Origin: Macrostomum lignano
Taxonomy: Eukaryota
Direction of reading: 5' to 3'
Assembly (NCBI GenBank): GCA_002269645.1
Contig: NIVC01002741.1
Coordinates: 80,050 to 144,049 of the forward strand
DNA: 64,000 nucleotides
Part shown: in pieces, positions 49,895-63,385 of the stretch
Numbering within the stretch: the stretch's first letter is position 1
How the letters are laid out: each line of letters begins with the position of its first letter
Made by a program: the position numbers and the translations under genes
The notes under the pieces: generated by a model
Told to the model about the DNA's origin: nothing
Database searches by the model: none
What the model saw: only the letters and a program-made list of their open reading frames with translations

Positions 49895-51042
49895 ACATGG
49901 TAGTGCTCAAGCAGAGTTGTGCTCAAGCAGGTTTATGCTCAAGCAGGGTTGTGCTCAAGCAGGGTTATGCTCAAGCAGGGTTGGGCTCAAGCAGGGTTGT
50001 GCTCAAGCAGGGTTGTGCTCAAGCAGGGTTGTGCTCAAGCAGGGTTGTGCTCAAGCAGTGCTATGCTCAAGCAGAGTTGTGCTCAAGCAGGGTAGTGCTC
50101 AAGCAGGGTTGTGCTCAAGCAGGGTAGTGCTCAAGCAGGGTTGTGCTCAAGCAGGGTTGTGCTCAAGCAGGGTTGTGCTCAAGCAGGGTTATGCTCAAGC
50201 AGTGCTATGCTCAAGTAGGGTTATGCTCAAGCAGGGTTGTGCTCAAGCAGGGTTGTGCTCAAGCAGGGTTATGCTCAAGCAGGGTTGTGCTCAAGCAGGG
50301 TTGTGCTCAAGCAGTGCTATGCTCAAGCAGAGTTGTGCTCAAGCAGGGTAGTGCTCAAGCAGGGTTGTGCTCAATCAGGGTTATGCTCAAGCAGGGTTAT
50401 GCTCAAGCAGGGTTGTGCTCAAGCAGGGTTGTGCTCAAGCAGTGCTATGCTCAAGCAGAGTTGTGCTCAAGCAGGGTAGTGCTCAAGCAGGGTTGTGCTC
50501 AAGCAGGGTAGTGCTCAAGCAGGGTTGTGCTCAAGCAGGGTTGTGCTCAAGCAGGGTTATGCTCAAGCAGTGCTATGCTCAAGTAGGGTTATGCTCAAGC
50601 AGGGTTGTGCTCAAGCAGGGTTGTGCTCAAGCAGGGTTATGCTCAAGCAGGGTTGTGCTCAAGCAGGGTTGTGCTCAAGCAGTGCTATGCTCAAGCAGAG
50701 TTGTGCTCAAGCAGGGTAGTGCTCAAGCAGGGTTGTGCTCAATCAGGGTTATGCTCAAGCAGTGCTATGCTCAAGTAGGGTTATGCTCAAGCAGGGTTGT
50801 GCTCAAGCAGGGTTGTGCTCAAGCAGGGTTATGCTCAAGTAGGGTTATGCTCAAGCAGGGTTGTGCTCAAGCAGGGTAGTGCTCAAGCAGGGTTGTGCTC
50901 AATCAGGGTTATGCTCAAGCAGTGCTATGCTCAAGTAGGGTTATGCTCAAGCAGGGTTGTGCTCAAGCAGGGTTGTGCTCAAGCAGGGTTATGCTCAAGC
51001 AGGGTTGTGCTCAAGCAGGGTTGTGCTCAAGCAGGGTTGTGC
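49895..51042. repeat. Minisatellite, 16-bp unit TTGTGCTCAAGCAGGG
   Basis: About 70 copies with recurring variant units. Confidence 0.95.
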
Positions 51043-51695
51043 TCTGTAATGAACGTGCAACCGAGAGAATCGTGTATTAGTCAAGAGTGTCAAAAAGCAT
51101 ATTATATAGAGAGGGGCGAGGGGGGCTGAGCAATCGATAGCAACGTACATGATTGGGGGACGGGCGGCTGGGGTGCAGGTGAGCGTACAATCAATTATAA
51201 TTACAAGTGCATCAATGGTAATTCTCTCTTCTAATAGCAAAAAATCAAAAGAAGTTAGAAGCAATTGCTCGAAGGAGTTATCGCTTCTAAAACATTTCAT
51301 TTTCTGCGCTTTAGGCATGCGCGAGAACTCAAAAATATTTCTTTTAAAACAAATGCAAAAAAATATTTTTCTTAATATTTTTGAGACAAAAAACCAACGA
51401 CGAAATTCGATTTAAACAAGGAATAAAAATATTTGAAATACTTTCTCAGCAACAAAATAAGCGGATTAATCCTAATCTCTGCATTGAAAATCCATGCAAC
51501 AGTCTTTGAAAACAAACAAAAGTCACTGTCCCTATCACTCACACGTCATGTCTGTAGCGGAGAGGCGGAATGCCCTTTGTGGCCCTGGCAGAGCGGCGCG
51601 GTGAGACAGTAAGTTTGCTGGGAGAATTGCGCAGGAAGAAGAAAGCCAGCTGCGACTTCGATACCAGCCCCAACTCTGGCGCAAGCCGACCCTTC

Positions 51696-52567
51696 GGTCA
51701 ACATGCAGCAGGGTGGTTCATATTTTGCAAAAGGTTTGAAGGTTAGATTTTAAAATAAGGCAATCAAATGCAACGTTAGCGTAAAGCTTGTTACCGCAAT
51801 ATACCAATATTGATGGGCTGCACAGGGCAGAAATGAGCTATAACGCCGAGGCGCGTAGCGCTGAGTAGTGTTAGCTCGTTTCTGCCCGATGCGGCCCATC
51901 CATTTTAGTGTTGTAGTTAGCGGGCGTGAAACCGCGTTTCACGGGCCGCTGAGACTGTCTATGGTAAAATCGCATTTACTCCAATGCATTCAGTCGATTT
52001 CACGCCCGCTGAAAATGTCTAAGGCAAAGTCAGAAGAAAGCGGGGTCAAGGGGGCACTGAGCCCCCTTGCGGGGGTGTGGGGGCGGAGCCCCACATTAGC
52101 ACTCCAGCACACAAGACAAAGAAAGAAATAATGAAATCCAAAAATTTTCTATGGCCAAAACTCCTTATTTTGCGAATTGAAAAAATAGTAACTGATACTA
52201 AGAATTATTAAGCAGCACTAAGCTTTACTTTTAAAATTTTAAGTTGTAGAAACATTAACTAGATACTTATATGCATACGAGTTTTTTTACTTATTGAAGT
52301 TGGCCATAGATTATTGCAGCGGGCGGGATGCCGTGCGTTTCTCCCCGTTTCAACACGCCTAGGCTAACTATAACAACTGCACCCTCCCCAGTGCAATCAC
52401 CTCAGTCAACCACGCAGCTCATCGACCCAGTGATTTTCATTTAAAATTGATCACTTAGCTGCGTTCAGTAGCTTGTAGGTAATTCGGCGTGACTGGATCA
52501 GATTATGACAACTTGCATTGCAGCCATAAACTATAAGTTTTAAAACCACAGATGGGTAAAAGCGGTA
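51696..52567 (+). repeat. Third, gene-less copy of the Ly6 paralogue-2 upstream region, interrupted by an insertion of about 580 bp
   Basis: 51696-51799 matches 55329-55428 and 52380-52567 matches 55461-55648 with only a few substitutions; 51800-52379 is absent from the 55-kb copy. Confidence 0.85.
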
Positions 52568-53749
52568 CTTTAGATTGAATTGGAGTCTTAGACTACTGGC
52601 AGTATTATTGAATGATTCCTGCCTCAGCAACAGCACTACTGAACAAAATGAGCAAAAGTGTGCGCCTAATTCAGCTACTGCAACAGGGGACAGAAAAGGG
52701 ATCACCCAATCAAGCAAGTCTAGGTAGCCTCTCACCCAACCAATCAGAAACTCAACAGCCGGAGACCAGGTATTCCACAGTGACCGAATCGGCTCGATGC
52801 TCTGCAGCTGTAGACTCGGGATGATGCTGTCACAATCTTCGCTGTTAGCTAGCAGGTGATGCTCTTAACTGGATGTTCGCTGCTGTCGACCGGGGGACTC
52901 GTCCTTGATGATGATGGGGGAAGTTGCAATCCGGGGATCAAGAAACGACGGTCGTGCTCCGGGAACCAGAAGTTGCGCGCTGGGCCCGAGCCAAAGTAAG
53001 AAGAAGTAGTGTCCGAGCGGGCCAAAAACTCCGGTTTAAATAGCCGCCAACTGAACCGCAGTTTGTTATAACGGAACACGTCGATTCTGATTGGCTGAGC
53101 CGTTTTGTTAAAATGAGCGCCGAATTTTCTGATTGGCTAAGCTCGTTGCTACCCAGAATCACGTGACCGAGAGATCCTATCAGTTCCCACAGGGTCGTAA
53201 AAAGATGACAGGTGCGGCCATAAATCACTCAAAATCGCAACAAAATGATTTATGACTTTTCGCGTAGGATTGACAGAAATTAATGAAAAAATATACATTA
53301 GAAAGCTCTTATTAAATAGAAAGTGAAGATAATGAAGAGAAATCGCTAATCGCTAATCCCAAGGTACTTTTAGGGGTAAAACGCATAGCTGTCAAAGCTG
53401 TCACACGCTTGAGTGAATCCGAACAATAGGCTCTGACCTCATAAATCTTGATGGCCTGTCAAAATGATGAGAAAAAAGCTACCGCCCGCATCCTCTCAGA
53501 CCATCTGGCGCCCGTCTCAACACTGAGTGAGGCGCAGGTGGCTGTCAGACCAACTTCGGAAGCGATGATTTACGACTCAAAAAGCTACGCCTATGTTATT
53601 AAGACTACTAGTATGGCCAGACATTATATCTAGTATAGATTCTATGACAATTTGCAGAAAAAAGATAAAAATGTCCCTTGCCCACTGTTAGTAGGCTAGT
53701 AAGTTTCGAGCCCATGTGCTAGCGCGGGATTTGGGAAAAAGTGCGTCCT

Positions 53750-54025
53750 CATCAGTAGTATTAGTAGTATTAGTAGTAGCAGTAGTAGCAGTAGTAGCAG
53801 TAGTAGCAGTAGTAGCAGTAGTAGCAGTAGTAGCAGTAGTAGCAGTAGTAGCAGTATTAGCAGTAGTAGCAGTTGTATCAGTAGTATCAGTAGTAGCAGT
53901 AGTAGCAGTATTAGCAGTTGTATCAGTAGTAGCAGTTGTATCAGTAGTAGCAGTAGTAGCAGTATTAGCAGTAGTATCAGTAGTATCAGTAGTATCAGTA
54001 GTATCAGTAGTATCAGTAGTAGTAA
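53750..54025. repeat. (AGT/AGC/ATC)n trinucleotide-type microsatellite
   Basis: AGTAGCAGT / AGTATCAGT units, about 250 bp upstream of the knottin exon. Confidence 0.95.
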
Positions 54026-54144
54026 TTCAGGCAATCAGAAGTGAAGGAGAAGTGAGAAACTTCGTCCCATGAAAACGAAGCTTGAGAGTAGGTTGTACTC
54101 TTAAAAGAAGCTTGTTGCATGAGCGACCCACCAGAGCACCCTGA

Positions 54145-54591
<447 letters not shown>

Positions 54592-55777
54592 AACTGCAAG
54601 CCGCATAATTGTGCAAGATTCCCATTTGACTCGCTATAATAATAAAAACTAAACGTGTCTGTTGATTACTTTAAATAATACTCAAACACAACTTAAGACA
54701 ATCTGTCGCAGTCACTCTGTCAGATGTGTGTTCTTACCATGCCTGATTAAATATAAGCAAAATCTGAACTGTTAAGCCTTGTTTTAAAAGCACAAACTCT
54801 GCGATGTTTTATTTTCTGTTTTAATATGCTCTTGATGCATAAAGACGTTTGTTTCTAGAAAAAAGAATAGCCGACAACTCATAAGCAGCTGCGTAAAGCT
54901 AATCTGTATGTCAGGGAGTACGGGGATTAAAAATGCCTCGTTACCTGGCGGGGATGTAACTTGGCTTTCTGACTGAGGCCGAGAATAGATCAGAGTTGAT
55001 TGATTGACTTGACTGGTTGGTAGTGATTGACTTATTGATAGTTGGCAAATCTTTATCTGCCTCCGAAAAATACGCAAATTCTCGGCACAATCACTTGCTC
55101 TAAATCCGAAGGCTGCCGAAATTGAATGCAGTTTGCCGAATTAAAATATCAGTTTGTCTAAATATAAACTCGTGTTGTCTGTTCAAATTGGTTCTTGGTT
55201 AGTCGAATTCGAATGCAGTTTGGATATCCGGCCTTAGCTGATGCCGAAAATAAAAGCCAGTTTGCCGAAATTGAATGCAGTTTTGTCGAAATTTATAACG
55301 CAAAAAGGTGTATCAAATGAAAACATTTGGTCAACAGCAGGGTGGTTCGTATTTTGCAAAAGGTTTGAAGTTTAGATTTGAAAATAAGGCAATCAAATGC
55401 AACGGTAGCGTAAAGCTTGTTACCGCAACAGTGCCCTCACCCCAGAAAAACCCACCAGTTCACCCTCCCCAGTGCAATCACCCCAGTCAACCCCGCAGCT
55501 CATCGACCCAGTGATTTTCATTTAAAATTGATCACTTAGCTGCGTTCAGTAGCTTGTAGGTAATTCGGCGTGACTGGATCAGATTATGGCAACTTGCATT
55601 GCAGCCATAAACTATAAGTTTTAAAACCACAGATGGGTAAAAGCGGTAGTGCATACGAGCTATAGCTATGTATATGTAACACTTATCGTTAAGTTGCTTG
55701 CAGACGACAGAAGCCAGTGATTTTCCCAACAACTTTCACAACTGCAGAGACTTTACCAGCCGTCAAATCTGCAGCAA

Positions 55778-57012
55778 ATGCTGGCGCAGCACCTTTGGCC
55801 GATGGCTGCTCTCGTTTTGACTGGCGCACTGCTCGGTGAGTTCGAGTTCGCTGTTGAGCATGGCTCTTATCTCTTTTGAAAAGTACCGTCAGACACTCGT
55901 GCGTTACTCGTTGGCATAGAAGCCGGTTTTTCTCTTTTAGGCCGAGCTCAGGTCAATGCGAAGTCAAACGACACAATTAACTGCTACAGTGGCTGGGATG
56001 TTTACGTGACTAGCGAATTTCCCAAGGGCATGAAGACCTGTCGCAGCTCGACCGTCTGCTCCGAGTATCAATCGTGGAAGAACTGGAAAGAGAGACCCGG
56101 CTTTTTTGTGAGCAGCTCATCATCTGATTGAGTGATTGTACAGGCTTGGGTATCTCAGTTGCAGTTGGCAGTTGCTGACCTCAGAATAGGGAGAGAGCCA
56201 TCAGAGAATGCAGCTTTTTCATGCAACTTTGTTGGCTTGTTGCGGATTCATACAAAATTAGGACGACAGAACCCGCCCGAGTCTCAAACAGAGTTCTGTA
56301 TTTTCAACTCAAGAAAACTCATTACTATACTCGTAGCTACAAGCATATACAATGAAATCACTTGTGCTTCAGGAACTCTATATGCACTGCGGACCCTGCT
56401 CTGATCACGAATTCACGGAAGGGAACTTTACTCAGTGCCGCGACTGCATCACGGATTTGTGCAACGACAAATTCGCCAAACAGCTGGTGCCGAAACGTCA
56501 GAGTTTAATCACCTGCTACGCTTCATCAAACTTTGAAGAGGCAAAGATTTTTCATCCGATATGGAGGCTGTGCCCCAGAGAACACGGCTGCGGCACAGGT
56601 TTTGTTTTAAACGGTGTAAGTTGTCCAGTTTACTCAAAATTTTCGCATCCATACAAAACTAAGCTGTCAGATTCCCAGCTGTCGCATTGATCCCAACAAA
56701 ACCATTCGATCGTCCACTCTGCTCAAATTCCAGTTGACAGCGGTTGGCTGTGGGAACGACTGCGAGGATCTCGGCTGGAAAATGTGCAGCCGCTGCTACA
56801 GCCGCCTGTGCAACGACAGGGGCGACTATTGGAATTACGGAGATCCAGATGCCAAACCGAGGCCTTATCTAAAAGACAGGAAGCTTCTCAGCGATGAGGC
56901 AGTTTCTGTGAGCAGCCCGGTGACCCGACCGACCGCCCTGGTGTCCGTTCTCTCACTGGTGACAGCGCCGGCTCTGGGGCTGGTCTGGCATCAGCAACTG
57001 CTCATGCCCTAG
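55778..57012 (+). CDS. Secreted, probably GPI-anchored two-domain three-finger (Ly6/uPAR-like) protein, paralogue 2; 4 exons, 248 aa
   Basis: join(55778-55835, 55941-56107, 56373-56615, 56734-57012); same splice phases and all 16 cysteines as paralogue 1; intact frame. Confidence 0.85.
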
Positions 57013-57394
57013 CTTGAATAGCTGCACTGTGTGCTCAGGACCCAAGTACTCAGCGAATTTGCCTGCTTCAGTTTTCTGTAGGAGTAGCTCGGTCAGTAGA
57101 TGGGCTGGAATATTGCATGCGCAATTAGATTTGCTGCAGACTTACTCGTAGTTTTCAAATGTTGCTCTTCGTTGAGCAGCAGTGTTGCTTTTGAATTTAC
57201 ATTTGGCTGTGCCAGAGCAAGTTATTGAGTCAATATAACACTTTTCCGTTTGCACATAAAATTACAGATTGCAAAAATGCGCCCAACTCATAAATTTACT
57301 GGCTTAATTTGGCTATCCCCGAGCAAGTAATTCCTCTTTGTTAATTCCGCAGTCGGAGCACGAAAGCAGCCATCGGTGCCGCTCATCCCCTCGT

Positions 57395-57460
57395 ATCTAG
57401 TTACTCTAGTTACTCTAGTTACTCTAGTTACTCTAGTTACTCTAGTTACTCTAGTTACTA
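57395..57460. repeat. (CTAGTTACT)n 9-bp microsatellite
   Basis: About 7 copies. Confidence 0.9.
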
Positions 57461-59613
57461 ATGTTACTTGGACGCAAAGAGTAGAACAAGTGTTACAGGG
57501 GTCTTGGGAAGGGAAGTTTACCAAATCTGTCGTGGGGGGAATTTATGGGATTCTTGGGATTTCTGAAAGATATGCTAGTTTTATTACTAATAGGAGTAAG
57601 CCAATGGTTGCTCCTGGTGGCGTGAGTGTCCGAGCGGCAAGACACTGTCTATATATCTCTATTCAGTCCGAGTATTTAGAGGGGGGGGAGTAAGGGCTTC
57701 GCGGTGGACTTGAGTTGCCTGAGGAAATTAGCGCACTGGGGAACTCTAATATTCAGCGGGGAATGCCTGGCATCAGGGGGTATCCAGATGGGGAATTAAG
57801 AAGGCAATATACCTAATCCAGGAATGAAGGGAGGCTAGGATTTTAGCCTTAGTAAGGAGGCAATATGCCTGATGCGGGAAGTAGATAGATAACTTAGGCA
57901 ATAGGCCTAGTGGGATAAGGAGGCAATATGCCTGATGTGGGAGTTAAAGCCAGGGCAAACAGGGAGTCTGGTTGGGGAGTTGGCTGATCGCCGGATCAAC
58001 TGAGGGGTCTGGGAGTAGGGAGAGGCTGTACGCCTATTCAGCTTGGGAGGAAGGGGGGGTTGCAATTCGCCAGAAAGGGAAGGGGTTGTACGCTCTCGAG
58101 AGAGGAGTATAGGGGTAAAGGGGTGACTGTTTGCCTTTAAAGAACCGAGTCTGACTCAATAGCTATTTTTAGAACAAGGCGGCACTAAGGCCTAATAGCT
58201 AGAAGGCGGTAAGTCAGATCGCCAGGACGCAGGCAAGTAGCTCCTCTATCCATATATTTAGCTTCTTTATATAGCAAAAATAAAAAAATGGCGGACAATT
58301 ATAAACAAATAGTACGTCTCGAAATGGTTAAAAGATTGTAAGTTAGCAAAATAAGAACTTATTAGCGCAAATATATATATATTCAGCATCATACTATAAT
58401 TAGAACTATTTTTAAGAATATTTCAAACGTTAAAAACGAGCTATAGAAGGAATAGGCAGAATATATAAACTTTATTGAGGCACACAGAACATACTAAACA
58501 AATCAACTGTCTCACAAGCGATCACCAAAACTTCGAAGTATTTATTTAAAGGCAAAGTCTATAGCAGCCATCGACCCCGACCGCAGTAGCCTTGCTGGCG
58601 TAACAGCCTTGTTCAGAGTTTGTCGCCGGCAAGCGCGGTCTAGATAGTATTGTGTCGAGCCGTCTGATCGAACGGGCGAGCGCGAGTTCGCTTCAGTCCG
58701 TTGGCCAGACTGAGCTTCGATTCTGAGCTTCCTAAACTTCCTAAGTACTGTTCCCAAGTCCAGTACAATTCCAAAAGTAGTAACTCAAACACGAAAACTT
58801 ACTGGCAATGATCAACTCAGTGTATGAACGACTCTGTGGAGAACAGGTGGCGTGATTAGCTAAGTGGATAGTTTCGGTAGTAAGTATTCTGTTTGATGGT
58901 CGAGTTTAAGTTGCAAGCCTGCGCGCCCCCTGCTCACCGCCAGCGATTCTCATTATATTTCGGCTGCCTAGTTTAAGCCCTATGGTCCCACGCCAGACGG
59001 CACTAGACACGCCAGAGGGGTCAAAAATGCAATGTGTAACAAAATCAGCCAATCAAAAGAATGGGGGGGATTGGGGTGATGCAAACGTGGGGCAGGGGGC
59101 GATGCAAACAAACGGGGGCGAAAAAACTGCAAGGGGGGTTTGGCGTAGGCAGAAAGAGGGCACAAACATTTTAGGGGGGGGTAAAAGTGCAGCGTCGGGC
59201 CCACCTGCCTGAGAGTCAAAGATCGCTCATCAGTGCAAGGCACCCCGGCACAACAGTAGGAGCTGTCGGTTTGACACAGTACGCGACCTCGATCCCGAGG
59301 GCCACAGTGTTGCACTGAAGGACATATCTTCTTTTAGGATTTGGGATTTAGGATTTAGGATTTGGCCAAAAAATCGATGAACTGTCCAGCCGTCTGAGTC
59401 CTCGTCTGAGTGTAGGACCTTTGGGATTAGGCCAGGTGTTTTCTCCGTTAGTCCTGTGTTCTGCATGGTTTCATCTGTTCACGTCTTCTTCCAGCGCTGA
59501 GATCCGCTTGTAAATTTGCGTTGTTTATATTGGGGTCGTACTACATGCATAAAGCTGTCGTAGCGTAAATTCGATCGTACGTCTAAACTTTTACACTGCA
59601 AAGATAGGAGCTA

Positions 59614-60705
59614 TGAGCTGCATAAAATGCAGTCATATTTGCAAATTACGCAGCAAGTTTTAGGTGCAGCCGTCCTTTGCAAATATGACTGCATTTTATT
59701 CAGCTCATATCCCTCCGTGGTTGAAAAAACTTCGACACCTCGAAGCATAGTTTAAAGTTGAACCGTGCTGGAAAACACCAGTCATGAGTATAGCTAGTAA
59801 TGTTGGTCTCCTCCAGCCGGGTCGCTACCATTCTTCAATTCGCGCTGCTCTAAGGGGGTCAGCCTTGAAGTCCGCCACCTCGGAAACGGGCATGCAGTCC
59901 TCGTGAGCTATCTTAAGTAGCTTCACTGGCATGTCTCTTGCATGCACAGATCGTGCTCCGGTCTTCCTGCCGGATGCACCGCAGACTTCCCTCACAGTCT
60001 TCTTGCTGTGGGGAGGCGACTCTTGGCCTTTGGGCCGAAACACTGCTCCGCTTTTGAGACGCATCGCCTCTCAGGGCAGGAAAATTGATCTGCATGCCGG
60101 TCGCCGAGACAGTGACGCCGGGGCTGACTCTCTTCTTGTCGATCCATCCGAACGGCAGTTGAACACGCGTCAGTTGGGGCGGCGGCTGCACCGTGGTGGC
60201 AGTTAAACTGAACCACCGTTGCGACTTAATGCCGTCAAGCACGCCAACGACGCAAGATGTCCTCTGGTCGCCGGATCTCGATTTGCTGATGTTGTGCTGT
60301 CCTTCAACCGGCTTCTATTCAACCCTCCGTTATCCTTCGTGACAGGAACTTCATCTAGCAGACTCACGCGATCAGGGAACCATTGTAACAGGTAGGATTT
60401 TGTGTCCATCCTGCCTGCACCTTCTGCTCACGTCGGATAACAAAGAATTGAACTCGAAGCACGGCTTTTCTGGGCCCAGGCTGCTGCGGCCTACAGCCCA
60501 GCCGAGGCAATGGCCATGCCTTTAGGCCCGCAGATGCGGGCGAGAGGAAAGTGAAGCGAGCGCCTCCACTGTCTCTCCTTTTTATTTAAAACATAAGCAT
60601 ACGCGTGAGAACGAAAATTCTTATGTTACACAGAAAAAATGAAAATTGCGCAGTAGTTTAGGTGCAGCCGTCCTTTGCAAATATGACTGCATTTTATGCA
60701 GCTCA
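59614..60705. mobile_element. Non-autonomous DNA transposon (Mutator-like by its 9-bp TSD) with perfect 32-bp TIRs and an extra internal right end
   Basis: TSD TAGGAGCTA at 59605-59613 and 60706-60714; TIR TGAGCTGCATAAAATGCAGTCATATTTGCAAA at 59614-59645 and its exact reverse complement at 60674-60705; a second right TIR (1 mismatch) at 59676-59707. Confidence 0.85.
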
Positions 60706-62074
60706 TAGGAGCTAAGATCGACCTTATCTTACGATGACTTTATAGAGCGGGCCCATTATTTATTATTCAAGTATTAAATTGCGTTTGGGGATTGCGTCAT
60801 CTAACCCGTGTAATTCTTAATTAATCAAATTAAAGCATTTGAGTCTTAATGTCAGTCAGCATCATTATCATTTGAAATAGGATTATCACTCAATCTAAAT
60901 CTATCTGGAATCGTGTTCAACCGTGTTCTTTATTTACTTGTACCGTACCTGCGACTATTGGAGAAAGCTTGTAAGACTCGTCGACCGGCGATAGGCAAAT
61001 AGGACCATGCAGTAGTGTGACGTTGCTAGTTTAAATGGTCCCGCAAAAGGGCCGTTGGACTATAGTTTCCCTTGCAATTTCTCATATTAATTTCTCCAAT
61101 AGTTTATTTCAACGTTTACTTATAGTAGCGTGCAAATAATCTGTATCAACTGCTATTTCACTGTGTATTTGGTAGGCCTTGCGCTCGTCTGTGAATTTTG
61201 GCACGATCGATAATTTCAAGTTCTCTCGCCAGCCAATGAAAACTCTCCGTGTTTTACGCTACCCCCCTTTTGCGCTCTTTATTAACCCTCGCCTGGCGGG
61301 CTGGGGGCTTCTCTTGTGTTCTGTGTTCTCTCTCCTTAGGCTTGTCCTCCGTCCCGTCTGGCTTGCCTAGCCTTGTCTAGCCTTGTTTTCCTTCTCTCTG
61401 TCTGGCTGCCTCGAGCCTCCTTATCTCACGCCACGGCTGACGCCAACCTCGCCACTGCTCATCTGCCTGCCTACTGCGTCTCACTGCCTTCACTGTGCTC
61501 ATTGCCATTGCTCCTCACGTTACGTCGCCATTGCATCATTCGTCTGCCACTTGACTTCACATTCAATTTATCTTCAAAAACCATTGTTGCAGCCGCCAGT
61601 GCCCAGAAAGCTATAGTTTGTGTATTGACAGTAATAGCCAAGCCTAATATTGATACTACCAATCAAAACAACTACGGCAGTTCCTGCCTTTATCGCCAAG
61701 TGCTCCGCTACAAAATCTGCTTTACAAGAGTTGACTTCAACTTATTTTGAGACTACGACTCACTACAACTCTCGTCAAAACGGCCCTTTCAAGGGTCATA
61801 GCCATAGTTAGCCGCTACGCCAATAACGTGACAGTAGCTTTAAAATCTCCGATCGCTCCAATCAATAAGTTCGGCTAAGGCCTAAACTATTTGCCGTATC
61901 GCAATGTATTAAATATTACACTAGAATCTCTCGTTATTGGCTGGCATCTGTAATTATGACGCTTGCCAGTCACGAAGCGCTTGAATCGGTTGGCAGAGAT
62001 TAAAAAACGGTGCACGGCCAACATAGCTATGCTCGTATGAAATGAAGCCGAATCTGAAGTACGAGTAATTACAG

Positions 62075-63385
62075 TAGTGACAGTCACAGTAACATTGACA
62101 GTGACATTGACAGTGACAGTGACAGTGACAGTCACAGTAACATTGACAGTGACATTGACAGTGACAGTGACAGTGACAGTGACATTGACAGTGACAGTGA
62201 CATTGACAGTGACAGTGACAGTGACAGTGACAGTCACAGTAACATTGACAGTGACATTGACAGTGACAGTGACAGTGACAGTGACAGTGACATTGACAGT
62301 GACAGTGACATTGACAGTGACAGTGACAGTGACAGTGACAGTGACAGTGACAGTGACATTGACAGTGACAGTGACATTGACAGTGACAGTGACAGTGACA
62401 GTGACATTGACAGTGACAGTGACAGTGACAGTGACATTGACAGTGACAGTGACAGTGACATTGACAGTGACAGTGACAGTGACAGTGACATTGACAGTGA
62501 CGGTGACATTGACTGTGACAGTGACAGTGACAGTGACATTGACAGTGACATTGACAGTGACGGTGACATTGACAGTGACAGTGACATTGACAGTGACAGT
62601 GACAGTGACAGTGACATTGACAGTGACAGTGACAGTGACAGTGACAGTGACGGTGACAGTGACAGTGACATTGACTGTGACAGTGACAGTGACAGTGACA
62701 GTGACATTGACAGTGACAGTGACAGTGACATTGACAGTGACGGTGACGGTGACAGTGACAGTGACAGTGACAGTGACAGTGACATTGACAGTGACAGTGA
62801 CAGTGACAGTGACAGTGACAGTGACAGTGACATTGACAGTGACAGTGACATTGACATTGACAGTGACAGTGACAGTGACAGTCACAGTAACATTGACAGT
62901 GACATTGACAGTGACAGTGACAGTGACAGTGACATTGACAGTGACAGTGACATTGACAGTGACAGTGACAGTGACAGTGACAGTGACAGTGACAGTGACA
63001 GTGACAGTGACATTGACAGTGACGGTGACATTGACTGTGACAGTGACAGTGACAGTGACAGTGACATTGACAGTGACGGTGACATTGACAGTGACAGTGA
63101 CAGTGACATTGACAGTGACGGTGACATTGACAGTGACATTGACAGTGACGGTGACATTGACTGTGACAGTGACAGTGACAGTGACAGTGACAGTGACATT
63201 GACAGTGACATTGACAGTGACAGTGACAGTGACAGTGACAGTGACAGTGACAGTGACATTGACATTGACAGTGACAGTGACAGTGACATTGACAGTGACA
63301 GTGACATTGACAGTGACAGTGACATTGACAGTGACAATGACATTGACATTGACATTGACAGTGACAGTGACAGTGCCAGTGACTA
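62075..63385. repeat. (GACAGT)n hexamer satellite with GACATT/GACGGT variants
   Basis: About 215 units; it produces the TV/SL-repeat artefact ORFs. Confidence 0.95.

Noticed and set aside
53716-54072. Val/Ala-rich microsatellite ORF as the signal-peptide exon of the knottin
   Set aside because: It has a GTG start and a hydrophobic run of about 90 aa. Its best donor (GAA|GTGAGA) is phase 0 while the knottin acceptor needs phase 1. The GTAAGT donor at 53699 is also not phase-compatible without an upstream stop.
59332-59365. (TTTAGGA)n telomere-like run
   Set aside because: Only about 4 imperfect units and not the canonical TTAGGG repeat.
57376-59466. Short ORFs (57376-57693, 58542-58757, 58980-59466) and LTR-like TATA/AATAAA motifs
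   Set aside because: No paired LTR, PBS/PPT, TSD or identifiable protein motif; cannot be classified without a database search.
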